A DNA stretch of 64,000 nt from Myxococcota bacterium (GTDB lineage: Bacteria > Myxococcota_A > UBA796 > CAJQPC01), in NCBI GenBank assembly GCA_036229005.1, contig JAZAMN010000062.1, forward strand, positions 32,001 through 96,000, written 5' to 3'. Every line of letters starts with the position of its first letter. The first letter of the stretch is position 1. The notes beneath the pieces are model-generated. The model saw nothing but the letters and a program-made list of their open reading frames with translations, had not been told where the DNA came from and searched no databases. Positions 48,979 to 57,905 of this stretch are shown here, in pieces. The position numbers and the translations under genes are program-made.

Positions 48979-50658
48979 ATGATCCTGCTCGCCCTCTTCT
49001 CGCCCGCTGCCCACGCTGACCCCATCTACGTCGCCATCGAAGACGGGGGCTCCAACGGGGCGTCCGCGGCGATCGCCAGTCAGCTCAACGACGACACCTG
49101 GTACGACTTCGAGGCGACGGTGGTCACTGCGGCCGACATCGACACGGCCGCGGAGCTGGCGGCCTACGACGTCGTGATCCTGGGGGACTCCGGCTACGAC
49201 GAGGTGGACTGGACCAAGGCCATGGCCGATGCCCTCAAGCAGTGGAACCATGACGGCAAGGGCGGCGTGGTGAGCGTGGGGTTCTCGGACCGGCTCAACA
49301 GCCCCAGCAGCTCGGTGCTGGAGGTGATCGACTTCGTGCAGCCCATCGACAGCTACCCGCACTACGGCAACTCCTGCGGGGCCTCGGGCGACAACATCAT
49401 CAACAGCCACGAGATCACCGCGGGGATCAGCGCGACCCTGGGCAGCGGCGCGGACAGCATCGAGGGGAACAACTACGGCACGGACGCCACCAACGGCGAG
49501 GTGCTGGGCTACACGGCCTGCGCGGGGCAGGCGAGCGTGGTGGTCGGGGAGTACAACCTGGGCTTTCAGGTGTGGCTGGGCTTTCTGTACATGGCCCCGA
49601 GCAACTACAACAACAGCGCGCTGCGCAGCGGGGAGTGGGACCGGCTGCTGGAGCAGAGCGTGGCGTGGGCGAGCCTGGGCATCGACTCCGACGGCGACGG
49701 GGTCGGGGACGGGAAGGACAACTGCGTGGACATCGAGAACGCCGACCAGACCGACTCGGACGGGGACGGCAACGGAGATCTCTGCGATCTCTGCTGGGGC
49801 GAGGACTCCACGTATGACGGCGACGGGGACGGCTACTGCGCGGACCTGGACTGCGACGACTGGGACGACACGGTGCTGCCTGGCGCGCCCGAGCTCTGCG
49901 ACGGGATGGACAACGACTGCGACGAGGTGCTGCCGGACGATGAGACCGACCCGGACGGCGACGGCTTCATCCTCTGCACCATCGACGCGGGGGGCTGGGA
50001 CGGCGATGAGGCCGTGATCGGCGGCGAAGACTGCGCGGTGGACGAGGCGACCATCTACCCGGGGGCGCCGGAGCTCTGCGATGGGCAGGCCAACGACTGC
50101 CTGGGCAGCATGGGCGCGGACGAGGTGGACAAGGACAGCGACGGCCGCGTGGTCTGCACCCTGGACGAGGGCGGCTGGGACGGGGAGGGGGACATCGTCG
50201 GCGGCGACGACTGCGATGACACGGAGCCTTCGGTGTTCCCGGACGCGGTGGAGCTCTGCGATGGCCTGGACAACGACTGCGACACGCTGCTGCTGGAGAC
50301 CGAGGCCGACGGGGACGGGGACGGCTACGCGCCCTGCGAGACCGCGGCGGGCGGCTGGGATGGCAGCGGGGACGTGATCGGCGGCGACGACTGCGACGAC
50401 GCGGACCCCGAGATCAACCCCGGGGTGGAGGAGGTCTGGTACGACGGGATCGACCAGGACTGCGACGGCCGGGACGATGACCAGGACGCCGACGGATACC
50501 CGGAGGCCGAGGACTGCGACGACCTGGACGCGTCCGTGTTCGAGGACTGCGACCGCACCCTCTCCGGCTGTAGCTGCACCAGCCTGAGCGGACAGGGGGC
50601 CGGCTGGTGGGCCCTGGGGCTGATGGTGTTCGGGCTGGCGCGGCGGCGGCGGCGCTGA
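48979..50658 (+). CDS. Surface protein with TSP3/MopE-like Cys-Asp repeats and MYXO-CTERM-like anchor
   Basis: Repeated PGAPELCDG.DNDC units; C-terminal GCSC...hydrophobic...RRRRR. Confidence 0.85.
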   Translation: MILLALFSPAAHADPIYVAIEDGGSNGASAAIASQLNDDTWYDFEATVVTAADIDTAAELAAYDVVILGDSGYDEVDWTKAMADALKQWNHDGKGGVVSVGFSDRLNSPSSSVLEVIDFVQPIDSYPHYGNSCGASGDNIINSHEITAGISATLGSGADSIEGNNYGTDATNGEVLGYTACAGQASVVVGEYNLGFQVWLGFLYMAPSNYNNSALRSGEWDRLLEQSVAWASLGIDSDGDGVGDGKDNCVDIENADQTDSDGDGNGDLCDLCWGEDSTYDGDGDGYCADLDCDDWDDTVLPGAPELCDGMDNDCDEVLPDDETDPDGDGFILCTIDAGGWDGDEAVIGGEDCAVDEATIYPGAPELCDGQANDCLGSMGADEVDKDSDGRVVCTLDEGGWDGEGDIVGGDDCDDTEPSVFPDAVELCDGLDNDCDTLLLETEADGDGDGYAPCETAAGGWDGSGDVIGGDDCDDADPEINPGVEEVWYDGIDQDCDGRDDDQDADGYPEAEDCDDLDASVFEDCDRTLSGCSCTSLSGQGAGWWALGLMVFGLARRRRR

Positions 50659-50677
50659 GAGGGGCCCGGGCGCGGGG

Positions 50678-51664
50678 CTACTCGACCGCGCAGTAGAAGG
50701 GCTTGGCCTCGCTGCAGGTCGAGTCGTTCCACTTGCCGTTGCTGTAGTAGCCGAGCTCGGTGCAGTGCTCGGTGTCGTTCCAGTTGTTGGGCTCGCCGGC
50801 GGCCCAGTTGTAGTAGTCGAACGCGCTGGCGTCGGACCAGACCCAGGTGCCCTCGGCGTTGTAGTCGGAGAGCCCCACCCAGAAGCGCCGGCTGGCGTTG
50901 TTGTCGATCAGGAAGCGGTTCTTGTTCAGGCTGTGGATGGACTCAAGCTCGCTCCCCAGCGAACGGCAGCGCTCCTGCGCCCGGAACCAGGACAGCTCGT
51001 CGCTGCACAGGTAGGACTCGAAGCCCTGGCCGGAGACGCTGCCCTCCACGTAGCTGCAGCAGGTCTCCAGGGTCTCCATGGTGCCGTCGCAGTCGCGGTC
51101 CACGCCGTCGCAGAACTCCTGGGCGCCGGGGTGGGTCTCGCTGTCGTAGTCGTCGCAGTCCCCTCCGCGCTGGATCCAGCCCTCGCTGCCGCCGTCGCAG
51201 CGGGTCTCGGCCAGGGCATCGTCGCCGTAGCCGTCCTCGTCGATGTCGGGGTACCAGGTGGTGTCTCCGGCGTCTTCGTCGATGTCGCCGTCGCAGTCGT
51301 CGTCCAGGGTGTTGCAGCCGTCCAGGACTCCGGGGTGGATGTCCGGGTCCTGGTCGTCGCAGTCGCTCCCTTGACTGACCAGGGTCAGCTCCGCGCAGGT
51401 CTCCAGGCGCTCTCCGGCGCCGTAGCCGTCCCCGTCGTCGTCCACGTAGCCGCTGTTGAGCGCGCCCTCGTCCACGGCGCCGTCGCAGTCGTTGTCGCGG
51501 TCGTCGCAGGCCTCGGCGTTGCCCGGGAAGTTGTCGGGATCCCGGTCGTCGCAGTCCAGGTCGTGGGGGACGCCGTCGCCGTCTCGGTCACCGAGGGCGC
51601 CGCTGTCGTCCAACTGGACCTGCAGCGGGGGCATGCAGGCCATCAAGGTAGCGAACAAGAGCAT
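50678..51664 (-). CDS. Lipoprotein with MopE-like repeats and a C-type lectin domain
   Basis: Three DCDD..HPG..E.CD repeats, then FWVGL, EPN, WND and FYC. Confidence 0.88.
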   Translation of the reverse strand: MLLFATLMACMPPLQVQLDDSGALGDRDGDGVPHDLDCDDRDPDNFPGNAEACDDRDNDCDGAVDEGALNSGYVDDDGDGYGAGERLETCAELTLVSQGSDCDDQDPDIHPGVLDGCNTLDDDCDGDIDEDAGDTTWYPDIDEDGYGDDALAETRCDGGSEGWIQRGGDCDDYDSETHPGAQEFCDGVDRDCDGTMETLETCCSYVEGSVSGQGFESYLCSDELSWFRAQERCRSLGSELESIHSLNKNRFLIDNNASRRFWVGLSDYNAEGTWVWSDASAFDYYNWAAGEPNNWNDTEHCTELGYYSNGKWNDSTCSEAKPFYCAVE

Positions 51665-51670
51665 GGGCGG

Positions 51671-51701
51671 AGTGTAGCCGGACCTTTGGAGGGGTTAGGA
51701 T
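51671..51701. promoter_or_regulatory. Back-to-back -10-like hexamers in a 43-bp divergent spacer
   Basis: TACACT on the minus strand (51671-51676) and TAGGAT on the plus strand (51696-51701), each 6 nt from an ATG. Confidence 0.6.
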
Positions 51702-51707
51702 GCGCGC

Positions 51708-54700
51708 ATGGCCCGTGATGGCACCGTACTGGGCCCCTTTCGCCTGACCCGAGTGATCGGTCAAGGGGCGATGGGGGTCGTCTGGGAAGCGCAGCACCGC
51801 GCACGCCGAAAGCGCGTGGCGGTGAAGCTGCTGCATGAGGGCAGCCTGCGGGATGACTGGGCGGTGGCCTCCTTCCAGAAAGAGGTGCGCGCGCAGGCGG
51901 GGCTCTCCCACTCGGGGATCGTCCGGGTGCTGGACCACGGCGTGGTCGAGGAGGGCAGCCACCGCCTGCCCAAGGACAGCCCCTTTCTGGTCATGGAGCT
52001 GATCGACGGCGGTCCTCTGCACACCTACACCGGCCGCATGAGCTGGCCGCGGCTGCGGGATGTGCTGCTGCAGCTCCTGGACGCGCTCTCCCACAGCCAC
52101 GCCCGCGGCGTGATCCACCGCGACCTCAAGCCGGGCAATGTCCTGGTGCTGGAGGAGCTCGGGCAGATGCCCCTACCCACGGGGAGTGGGCCCTTCCGGA
52201 TCACCCTGACGGACTTTGGCCTGGCCCAGGCAGTGGACCGGGGCAGCCCCGCGGACGGTGTGGTCGCGGGCACGCCGGCGTACATGGCCCCCGAGCAGCT
52301 CTACGGGCTGTGGCGTGACCAGGGGCCCTGGACGGACCTGTACTCGGTGGGCTGCATGGCCTGGGCCCTGGCCACCGGGGAGCCGCCCTTTGGCCGCAAG
52401 CGCCCGGTGGCCGAGTTCCGCGACATGCACCTGCGGGCGCCGCCCCCCGCCTTCAGGCCCCTGAACCCGGTGCCGCGGGGCTTCGAGGCCTGGCTGCGCC
52501 GCCTGCTGGAGAAGCGCCCCTCCACCCGCTTCAACCGCGCAGCGGAGGCCGCCTTCGCCCTGCTGGGAATCGAGGGGGGCGCGCCCGGCTCCGGGGGGCT
52601 GACCTCGGGCAGCGTGCAGTCCCTGGCCGGGGACAAGGACCAGCTCCGGGCGCTGATGACCCAGGCCATCGAGGCCCTGGACGAGGCCACCGGTGTGCTC
52701 CCCCTGGACGCCATCGAGCCGCTGGCGGCGCCCGCGCCGGCCCTCCAGCCTGGTCAGCCGTTGCCGCGGGTCCGCGTCCCCAGCCCCCCGGGCTGGGCGC
52801 ACCCGCGGCCGCCTCGACACCCCGAGCCGCTGCCCGGCGTGGGCCTGAACCTGGTCGCCCTGCGCGAGTCCGAGGTGGTGGGCCGCAGCTCCGAGCGGGA
52901 CGCGCTCTGGGCGGAGCTGCGGGAGGTGCACAGCAGCCTCAGCCAGCGCGCGGTGCTCCTGCAGGGGCCCGCGGGGTGTGGCCGCTCCCGCCTGGGGACC
53001 TGGCTGTGTGAGCGCGCGGACGAGGTCGGCGCCGCCACCGCGCTGCACGCGAGCCACACCAAGGCCGGCGAGGGCGACGGGGTGGTGGGCATGCTGGCGC
53101 GCCACCTGCGCGCGGCCGGCCTGACCCGCCAGGAGCTCCTGGACCGCCTGCGCCCCCAGGGCGAGCTGGCCACCCCCTTGGCCGAGCTGGTGCAGCCCTC
53201 CGGGGAGCTGGGCTTCTCCTCCCGGCGCGAGCGCTTTGGCGTCATCCTGCGGTATCTGGAGCAGCTCAGCCGGCCCCTGGGGCCGCTGCAGAAGCAGGTC
53301 CCCGTGGTCCTGGTCCTGGACGACGTGCACTGGAGCCAGGAGGCCCTCGCGTTCGCCCAGCACCTGCTGGAGAGCGTGCGCAGCGTCCCCATCCTGCTGG
53401 TGCTCATCACCCAGGACGAGGCCCTGGCCGAGCTCCCCGCCGCCCGCGGCGCCCTCACCAAGCTCGCCCGCAGCCCCCGCTGCGCGACCCTGCGCGTGGA
53501 GGCGCTCCCCGCCGCCGACCACCGGGCCATGCTGCGCGAGGTGCTGGGCATGGATCAGGCGGTGGTGGACGCGGTCGCCTCCCGCACCAGCGGCAACCCC
53601 AAGTTCGCCCTGCAGCTCGTCGAGGACTGGGCGGAGCGGCGCCTGCTGGAGGCCGCCCCCGGGGGCTACCGCCTGCGCCGCGGCGTCACCATGGACCTGC
53701 CGCCCGACCTGCAGTCGGTGTGGAAGGAGCGCGTCCAGCGCGTGCTGTCCGAGCGCACCGCCGAGGCCGCCCAGGCCCTGGAGCTGGCCGCCGTGATGGG
53801 CGAGGAGATCGCCCTGTCCGAGTGGCGCCAGGCCTGCGAGCTGGCCAAGGTCAGCATCCCCGCCGACCTGCTCGAGGAGCTGCGCAAGCGCCGCCTGATC
53901 CAGGACACCGGCGACGACGGCCTGCGCTTCTCCAACGTGATGCTCCGGGAGGCGCTGCTCAACCAGGCCCGCGAGCGCAAGCGCAGCCACCACTGGCACA
54001 AGGCCTGCGCCCAGGTCCTCCAGCGCCGCGCCGACCACGGCCTCTCCGTGCCCGAGCGCCTGGGAAAGCACCTGCTGCTCTCCGGGCAGCCCGAGCCCGC
54101 CCTCCAGATCCTGCTGGACGGGGGCAAGGCCGCCGTGGAGCGCGCCGAACTCGACGCTGCCGCCCGCCAGCTCCAGACCCGCGAGCGCGCCATGAAGCGC
54201 CTGCGCGTCCCCATGCAGGACCCCCGCTGGGGCGAGGGCTGGCTGGCCCAGGCCTTCCTGCTCTTCTTCGCCCGCCGCTACGAGCAGGGGGACACCATCC
54301 TGCGCCGCGCCGAGGCTGGGGCCGAGCGCTTCGGCTGGCGCATGGTCAAGGCCCAGGCCCTGCGGGAGCGCAGCCGCTTCGAGCGCCGCAACCAGGACCT
54401 GCCCGCCGCCGCCAAGGCCCTGCGTGAGGCTCTGCGGCTGGCCCCCGACGACCCCGAGCTGGCCGCCTCCTCCCGCCTGGGCCTGGGCGCCGTGCTGCTG
54501 CTGCAGGGCAACACCACCGAGGCCCGCCAGCTCCTGGAGCAGGCCCACCAGGACTACCAGTGGGAGGGCAAGCTGGGCGGCATGGCCGACTGCGAGCTGC
54601 ACCTGGCCCGCTGCGACATCCAGCAGGGGGCCCTGGACTCCGCCCTGGAGCGCATCCAGCGCGCCCGCTCCCTCTACAGCGAGGCCCGCTCTTCGTGGAA

Positions 54701-55220
54701 GGCCGCCGAGTGCCTGAACATGCTCGGGGAGATCAGCCGCTCCAAGGGTGACCTCGCTGGGGCCGAGTCCTGGTATCGCGAGGCGGCCCAGGCGCTCGAG
54801 GCGGTGGGCCACCCCGACCCCTACCTGCCCCAGATCAACCTCGGCCTCGTCCTCTCCGAGAAGGGGGAGTACGGCCGGGCCCGCGCGGTGCTGCTGCCAA
54901 AGCTCAAGACCCTGGAGCGCGGCCGCAGCCCCATGATGGTCGCTACCCTGCACCTGGCGCTGCTCACCCCCAGCGCGCACCTGGGCGAGTGGGGGGCCTG
55001 GGACCGCCACCTGGAGACCGCGCGGCGGGTGCTCAGCGAGTCCGGCTACGTCGACATCGAGAACGCCCAGCAGGCCCAGCGGGCGGGGGAGAGCGCCCAG
55101 GCTCTGGGGGAGCGGGACCGCGCCCGGCGGGTGTGGCGGGTGGCCCTGGAGCAGTACCGGGCCCTGGGGCGGGAGGCCGAGATGGCTGCCGCCCGGGACG
55201 CGCTGGCCGAGCTGCACTGA
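51708..55220 (+). CDS. Ser/Thr protein kinase with central NTPase (AAA_16/STAND-like) and TPR region
   Basis: GQGAMG, VAVK, HRDLKPGN, DFG, GTPAYMAPE; GPAGCGRS, LDDVHW, GNP; helical repeats at the C-terminus. Confidence 0.92.
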   Translation: MARDGTVLGPFRLTRVIGQGAMGVVWEAQHRARRKRVAVKLLHEGSLRDDWAVASFQKEVRAQAGLSHSGIVRVLDHGVVEEGSHRLPKDSPFLVMELIDGGPLHTYTGRMSWPRLRDVLLQLLDALSHSHARGVIHRDLKPGNVLVLEELGQMPLPTGSGPFRITLTDFGLAQAVDRGSPADGVVAGTPAYMAPEQLYGLWRDQGPWTDLYSVGCMAWALATGEPPFGRKRPVAEFRDMHLRAPPPAFRPLNPVPRGFEAWLRRLLEKRPSTRFNRAAEAAFALLGIEGGAPGSGGLTSGSVQSLAGDKDQLRALMTQAIEALDEATGVLPLDAIEPLAAPAPALQPGQPLPRVRVPSPPGWAHPRPPRHPEPLPGVGLNLVALRESEVVGRSSERDALWAELREVHSSLSQRAVLLQGPAGCGRSRLGTWLCERADEVGAATALHASHTKAGEGDGVVGMLARHLRAAGLTRQELLDRLRPQGELATPLAELVQPSGELGFSSRRERFGVILRYLEQLSRPLGPLQKQVPVVLVLDDVHWSQEALAFAQHLLESVRSVPILLVLITQDEALAELPAARGALTKLARSPRCATLRVEALPAADHRAMLREVLGMDQAVVDAVASRTSGNPKFALQLVEDWAERRLLEAAPGGYRLRRGVTMDLPPDLQSVWKERVQRVLSERTAEAAQALELAAVMGEEIALSEWRQACELAKVSIPADLLEELRKRRLIQDTGDDGLRFSNVMLREALLNQARERKRSHHWHKACAQVLQRRADHGLSVPERLGKHLLLSGQPEPALQILLDGGKAAVERAELDAAARQLQTRERAMKRLRVPMQDPRWGEGWLAQAFLLFFARRYEQGDTILRRAEAGAERFGWRMVKAQALRERSRFERRNQDLPAAAKALREALRLAPDDPELAASSRLGLGAVLLLQGNTTEARQLLEQAHQDYQWEGKLGGMADCELHLARCDIQQGALDSALERIQRARSLYSEARSSWKAAECLNMLGEISRSKGDLAGAESWYREAAQALEAVGHPDPYLPQINLGLVLSEKGEYGRARAVLLPKLKTLERGRSPMMVATLHLALLTPSAHLGEWGAWDRHLETARRVLSESGYVDIENAQQAQRAGESAQALGERDRARRVWRVALEQYRALGREAEMAAARDALAELH

Positions 55221-55343
55221 GTCTCATCGCCGAGGGGCCAGCTTGGAGGGGCCCAGCTTCGGGTGCCCGCAGACAAGACGCGACAAGGTGCGCCGAATCC
55301 TGACCCCGGTGTCTCGTCCAAGCACGCAGAACCGGAGACTCCC

Positions 55344-56137
55344 ATGCGCTTGCTGCAGGCCTTCACGGCGACCTCGATCCCCACCGGCACCATGCTCCTG
55401 CTCATGTCCATGGGCTCGTTGGGGGCCGCTCCGCGCGTGCCTCTGGCGGCGCCGGAGGTGGAGGTCCAGGAGGAGTACTGGACCGCGCTCGCTCCGCAGA
55501 CCTCGGGTCACCTCGCTGACACCCAGGTGCCCGCGCTCCCGGAAGAACACCCAGGTCCCAGCGAGGTGAACCGTCCTGAGTCCGAAGACCCCGCAGCCGC
55601 ACCTCCCCCGAAGGATCCCACCCCGGCGGCTCCCAAGGCGCGGGCGCAGCGCGCGGAGGCTGGGACAGGGGGCTCGGCTGCTGGCGGGCAGAGCTCGGAG
55701 GCGCGGGAGCTGCGGGTGCACCCGGGGCGGGCGGAGCGGGACGCCCTGGCGGCCCAGGGCAAGGGCGGGCGCAAGTGTGTGGAGCCGGTGGCGGGGATCC
55801 GTAAGGCGGGGAGCGACCACTGGGCGGTGGAGCGCAGCCTGTTGGAGGCCTACGCGAAGGACCGCGACGCGGCGAGCCGGCTGGCCATGCTGACCTGGCA
55901 GACGGGGGCGGACGGTCAGGTCTCGGGGTTCAGGATCGGGCGGCTGCGCTGTGGCTCTCCGCTGCACCAGGCGGGCTTCCGCAACGGGGACGTGGTGCAC
56001 GCGGTGAACGGCAAGCCCATCACCTCGTACGCGGAGGCGGCGTGGGCCTACGGTGTGCTGCGGACCAGGGCAGCCTCAAGGTCAAGCTCACCCGCAAGGA
56101 CGGGAGCCCAAAGCGCCTGCGCTACACCCTGGAGTAG
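55344..56137 (+). CDS. GspC-like PDZ domain protein with apparent 1-nt frameshift near 56063
   Basis: GFRI..GSPLHQAGFRNGDVVHAVNG. The expected PDZ end QGSLKVKLTRKDG..LRYTLE* lies in another frame. Confidence 0.7.
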
Positions 56138-56143
56138 GGGCGC

Positions 56144-56470
56144 TCAGGCCGTGAAGAGGCGCCGCAGGTGGTCCAGGCCCTGGAGCAGCGGAGCGAGCAT
56201 GAGCAGCGCGCCGATGAGCTGGCCCAGCCAGGCGTTCCCGGTGCGGCCAGCCTCGCTGGAGTAGCGGGCCTGGGACCAGGTGGCCATGCCGAAGAAGCCG
56301 GCCAGTCCAAGCAGGGGGAAGACCAGGAGCATCGCCAGGATCGGGAACTTGGCCAGGAGCGCGAGCAGGCTGGCCGAGAGGCCAGAGCACAGCATGGACC
56401 AGAGCATCACCATGGCCCAGGAGCGGGTGGACTCGCGCTGGGGCTGGATTTGGAGGGGCTGTTCTTCCAT
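56144..56470 (-). CDS. Small membrane protein
   Basis: Three hydrophobic segments; TACGCT 6 nt before the ATG. Confidence 0.65.
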   Translation of the reverse strand: MEEQPLQIQPQRESTRSWAMVMLWSMLCSGLSASLLALLAKFPILAMLLVFPLLGLAGFFGMATWSQARYSSEAGRTGNAWLGQLIGALLMLAPLLQGLDHLRRLFTA

Positions 56471-56592
56471 TACGTAAGCGTAGCTTGCTGGGCCGCGTTC
56501 CGGAAGGCCAGAGCCGCCGTCATCCTCTCGGGGATCAACCCATGGCGGGCGCGGCTGTGGTCGATAGGTAGTGCAGCCAAGGGAGCGTGAAC

Positions 56593-57195
56593 ATGGCCGG
56601 CAGACAGATACTCCTCCGCTACCAGGGGCAGGAGAGCGCCTTCGGGTTCTCGCGCCTGACCCGGGACAAGCTCTACGGAAAGCGCGTGCGGCAGCACCTG
56701 GACGGCAAGGGGGAGCCCTGCACCCGGGCCAGCCTGACCAGCGACGGCGCGATCCTGATCCAGAAGGGCATGACCGCCCAGGGCTACTTTGGCCCCCAAG
56801 GGGAGATGGTCTCGATCCGCGATCTGGTGGGCCTGGATGACAGCGGCCAGCCCCTGCCCGAGCAGCCCGGCACCCTGGGCGTGCCCCAGGACCTGAGCCC
56901 GGCGGCCCCCACCGAGCTGACAGACGTGCGCGTCCACGCGGTCTACGCCCTGGACCCGGAGAGCGTCTCGCCGGAGCTGGAGCAGGCCCTGGATCGCGGT
57001 GAGCTCTTCTCCTTCACCTTCAACTACCGGGCCGACTACCGCAGCGAGCTGGGCTTTCTGCTCCGCAACGACGCCGGCCTGTTCGCGCTGATCGGCCAGC
57101 CCCAGCGCTGGGCGTGGTCCGAGCTGGCCTCCCTGCCGGACGTGGTGGACGAAGACACCGCCGACGACGACAGCCTCGACTTCGAGATGTTCTGA
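56593..57195 (+). CDS. Hypothetical protein; putative divergent Ku-core-like subunit A
   Basis: AAGGGAG RBS and strong codon bias. Ku resemblance is by eye only; acidic tail ends DFEMF. Confidence 0.6.
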   Translation: MAGRQILLRYQGQESAFGFSRLTRDKLYGKRVRQHLDGKGEPCTRASLTSDGAILIQKGMTAQGYFGPQGEMVSIRDLVGLDDSGQPLPEQPGTLGVPQDLSPAAPTELTDVRVHAVYALDPESVSPELEQALDRGELFSFTFNYRADYRSELGFLLRNDAGLFALIGQPQRWAWSELASLPDVVDEDTADDDSLDFEMF

Positions 57196-57905
57196 TGCCT
57201 CAGTACCGCAAGCTCCACATCGCCAACGAAGACGGCCGCGACGCCACGGTCCTCTTTGCCCCGCTCAAGGCCGACAAGCCCCCCGAGAAGGGCCTCCCTG
57301 ACGGCAGCCCCGTCCAGTTCAAGCGCTACCTGGCCTCCACGGAAGGCGGGCTGCACGAGGCCCTCCAGGCGCGCCTGGGCGAAGACTACGGGCAGGCGTT
57401 GATCGATGGCGACCCCGAGGTCGACCGCGAGCTGGTTGGCCGCGAGATCGGCGAGACCAACCAGGTCTTCCTCTCGTCCGAGGGCGAGGTCCTCTACGCC
57501 GCCCCCCGCGTGGTCGAGCTGCTGCTGGGCCCCGACGGCCAGGAGAAGGAGCGCCGGGCGCCCGTGGACACGCCGTCCAACGTCAACGACGAGATGCCGG
57601 TGCGCTGGACGGGCAAGATGATGCCCCGGCGGGACGTGGTGCGGCGCTTCCTGCTCAGCCGCAGCCTGCAGATCCAGCACGTGGACGGCCTGAGCTTCGA
57701 CTACCTGCACGCCATGGCCAAGCGCCTGGACGAGGCCGATTCGATGGTGCTGGTCGGTGGCGGCGCCAAGGGCCGGGACCCTCTGGTCTTCCAGGTCAAC
57801 GGCAGCCCCTACCGCGGCTTCTTGGAGGGGCGCGTGGACGGCCAGCGCTACCTGCTGCTGCTGCACCTCTCCAACATGGAGCTCAAGCTCCCCAAGGAGG
57901 CCTGA
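57195..57905 (+). CDS. Hypothetical protein; putative divergent Ku-core-like subunit B
   Basis: TGATG coupling with the upstream gene. Ku resemblance is by eye only. Confidence 0.6.
   Translation: MPQYRKLHIANEDGRDATVLFAPLKADKPPEKGLPDGSPVQFKRYLASTEGGLHEALQARLGEDYGQALIDGDPEVDRELVGREIGETNQVFLSSEGEVLYAAPRVVELLLGPDGQEKERRAPVDTPSNVNDEMPVRWTGKMMPRRDVVRRFLLSRSLQIQHVDGLSFDYLHAMAKRLDEADSMVLVGGGAKGRDPLVFQVNGSPYRGFLEGRVDGQRYLLLLHLSNMELKLPKEA

Noticed and set aside
49680..50530. Regularly recurring DNA words (GAGCTCTGCGA, GACTGCGA) resembling an array
   Set aside because: They encode MopE-like protein repeats in frame and are degenerate at third positions, so this is not CRISPR.
47634..50658. Local shift to G-ending codons relative to C-rich neighbours
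   Set aside because: Only an impression, not quantified. There is no integrase, direct repeat or tRNA to support an island.
52173..55217. 1014-aa minus-strand ORF
   Set aside because: Codon-registered antisense mirror of the kinase gene.
56471..56592. Possible SOS/LexA box upstream of the ligase operon
   Set aside because: No convincing palindrome or known LexA consensus visible.
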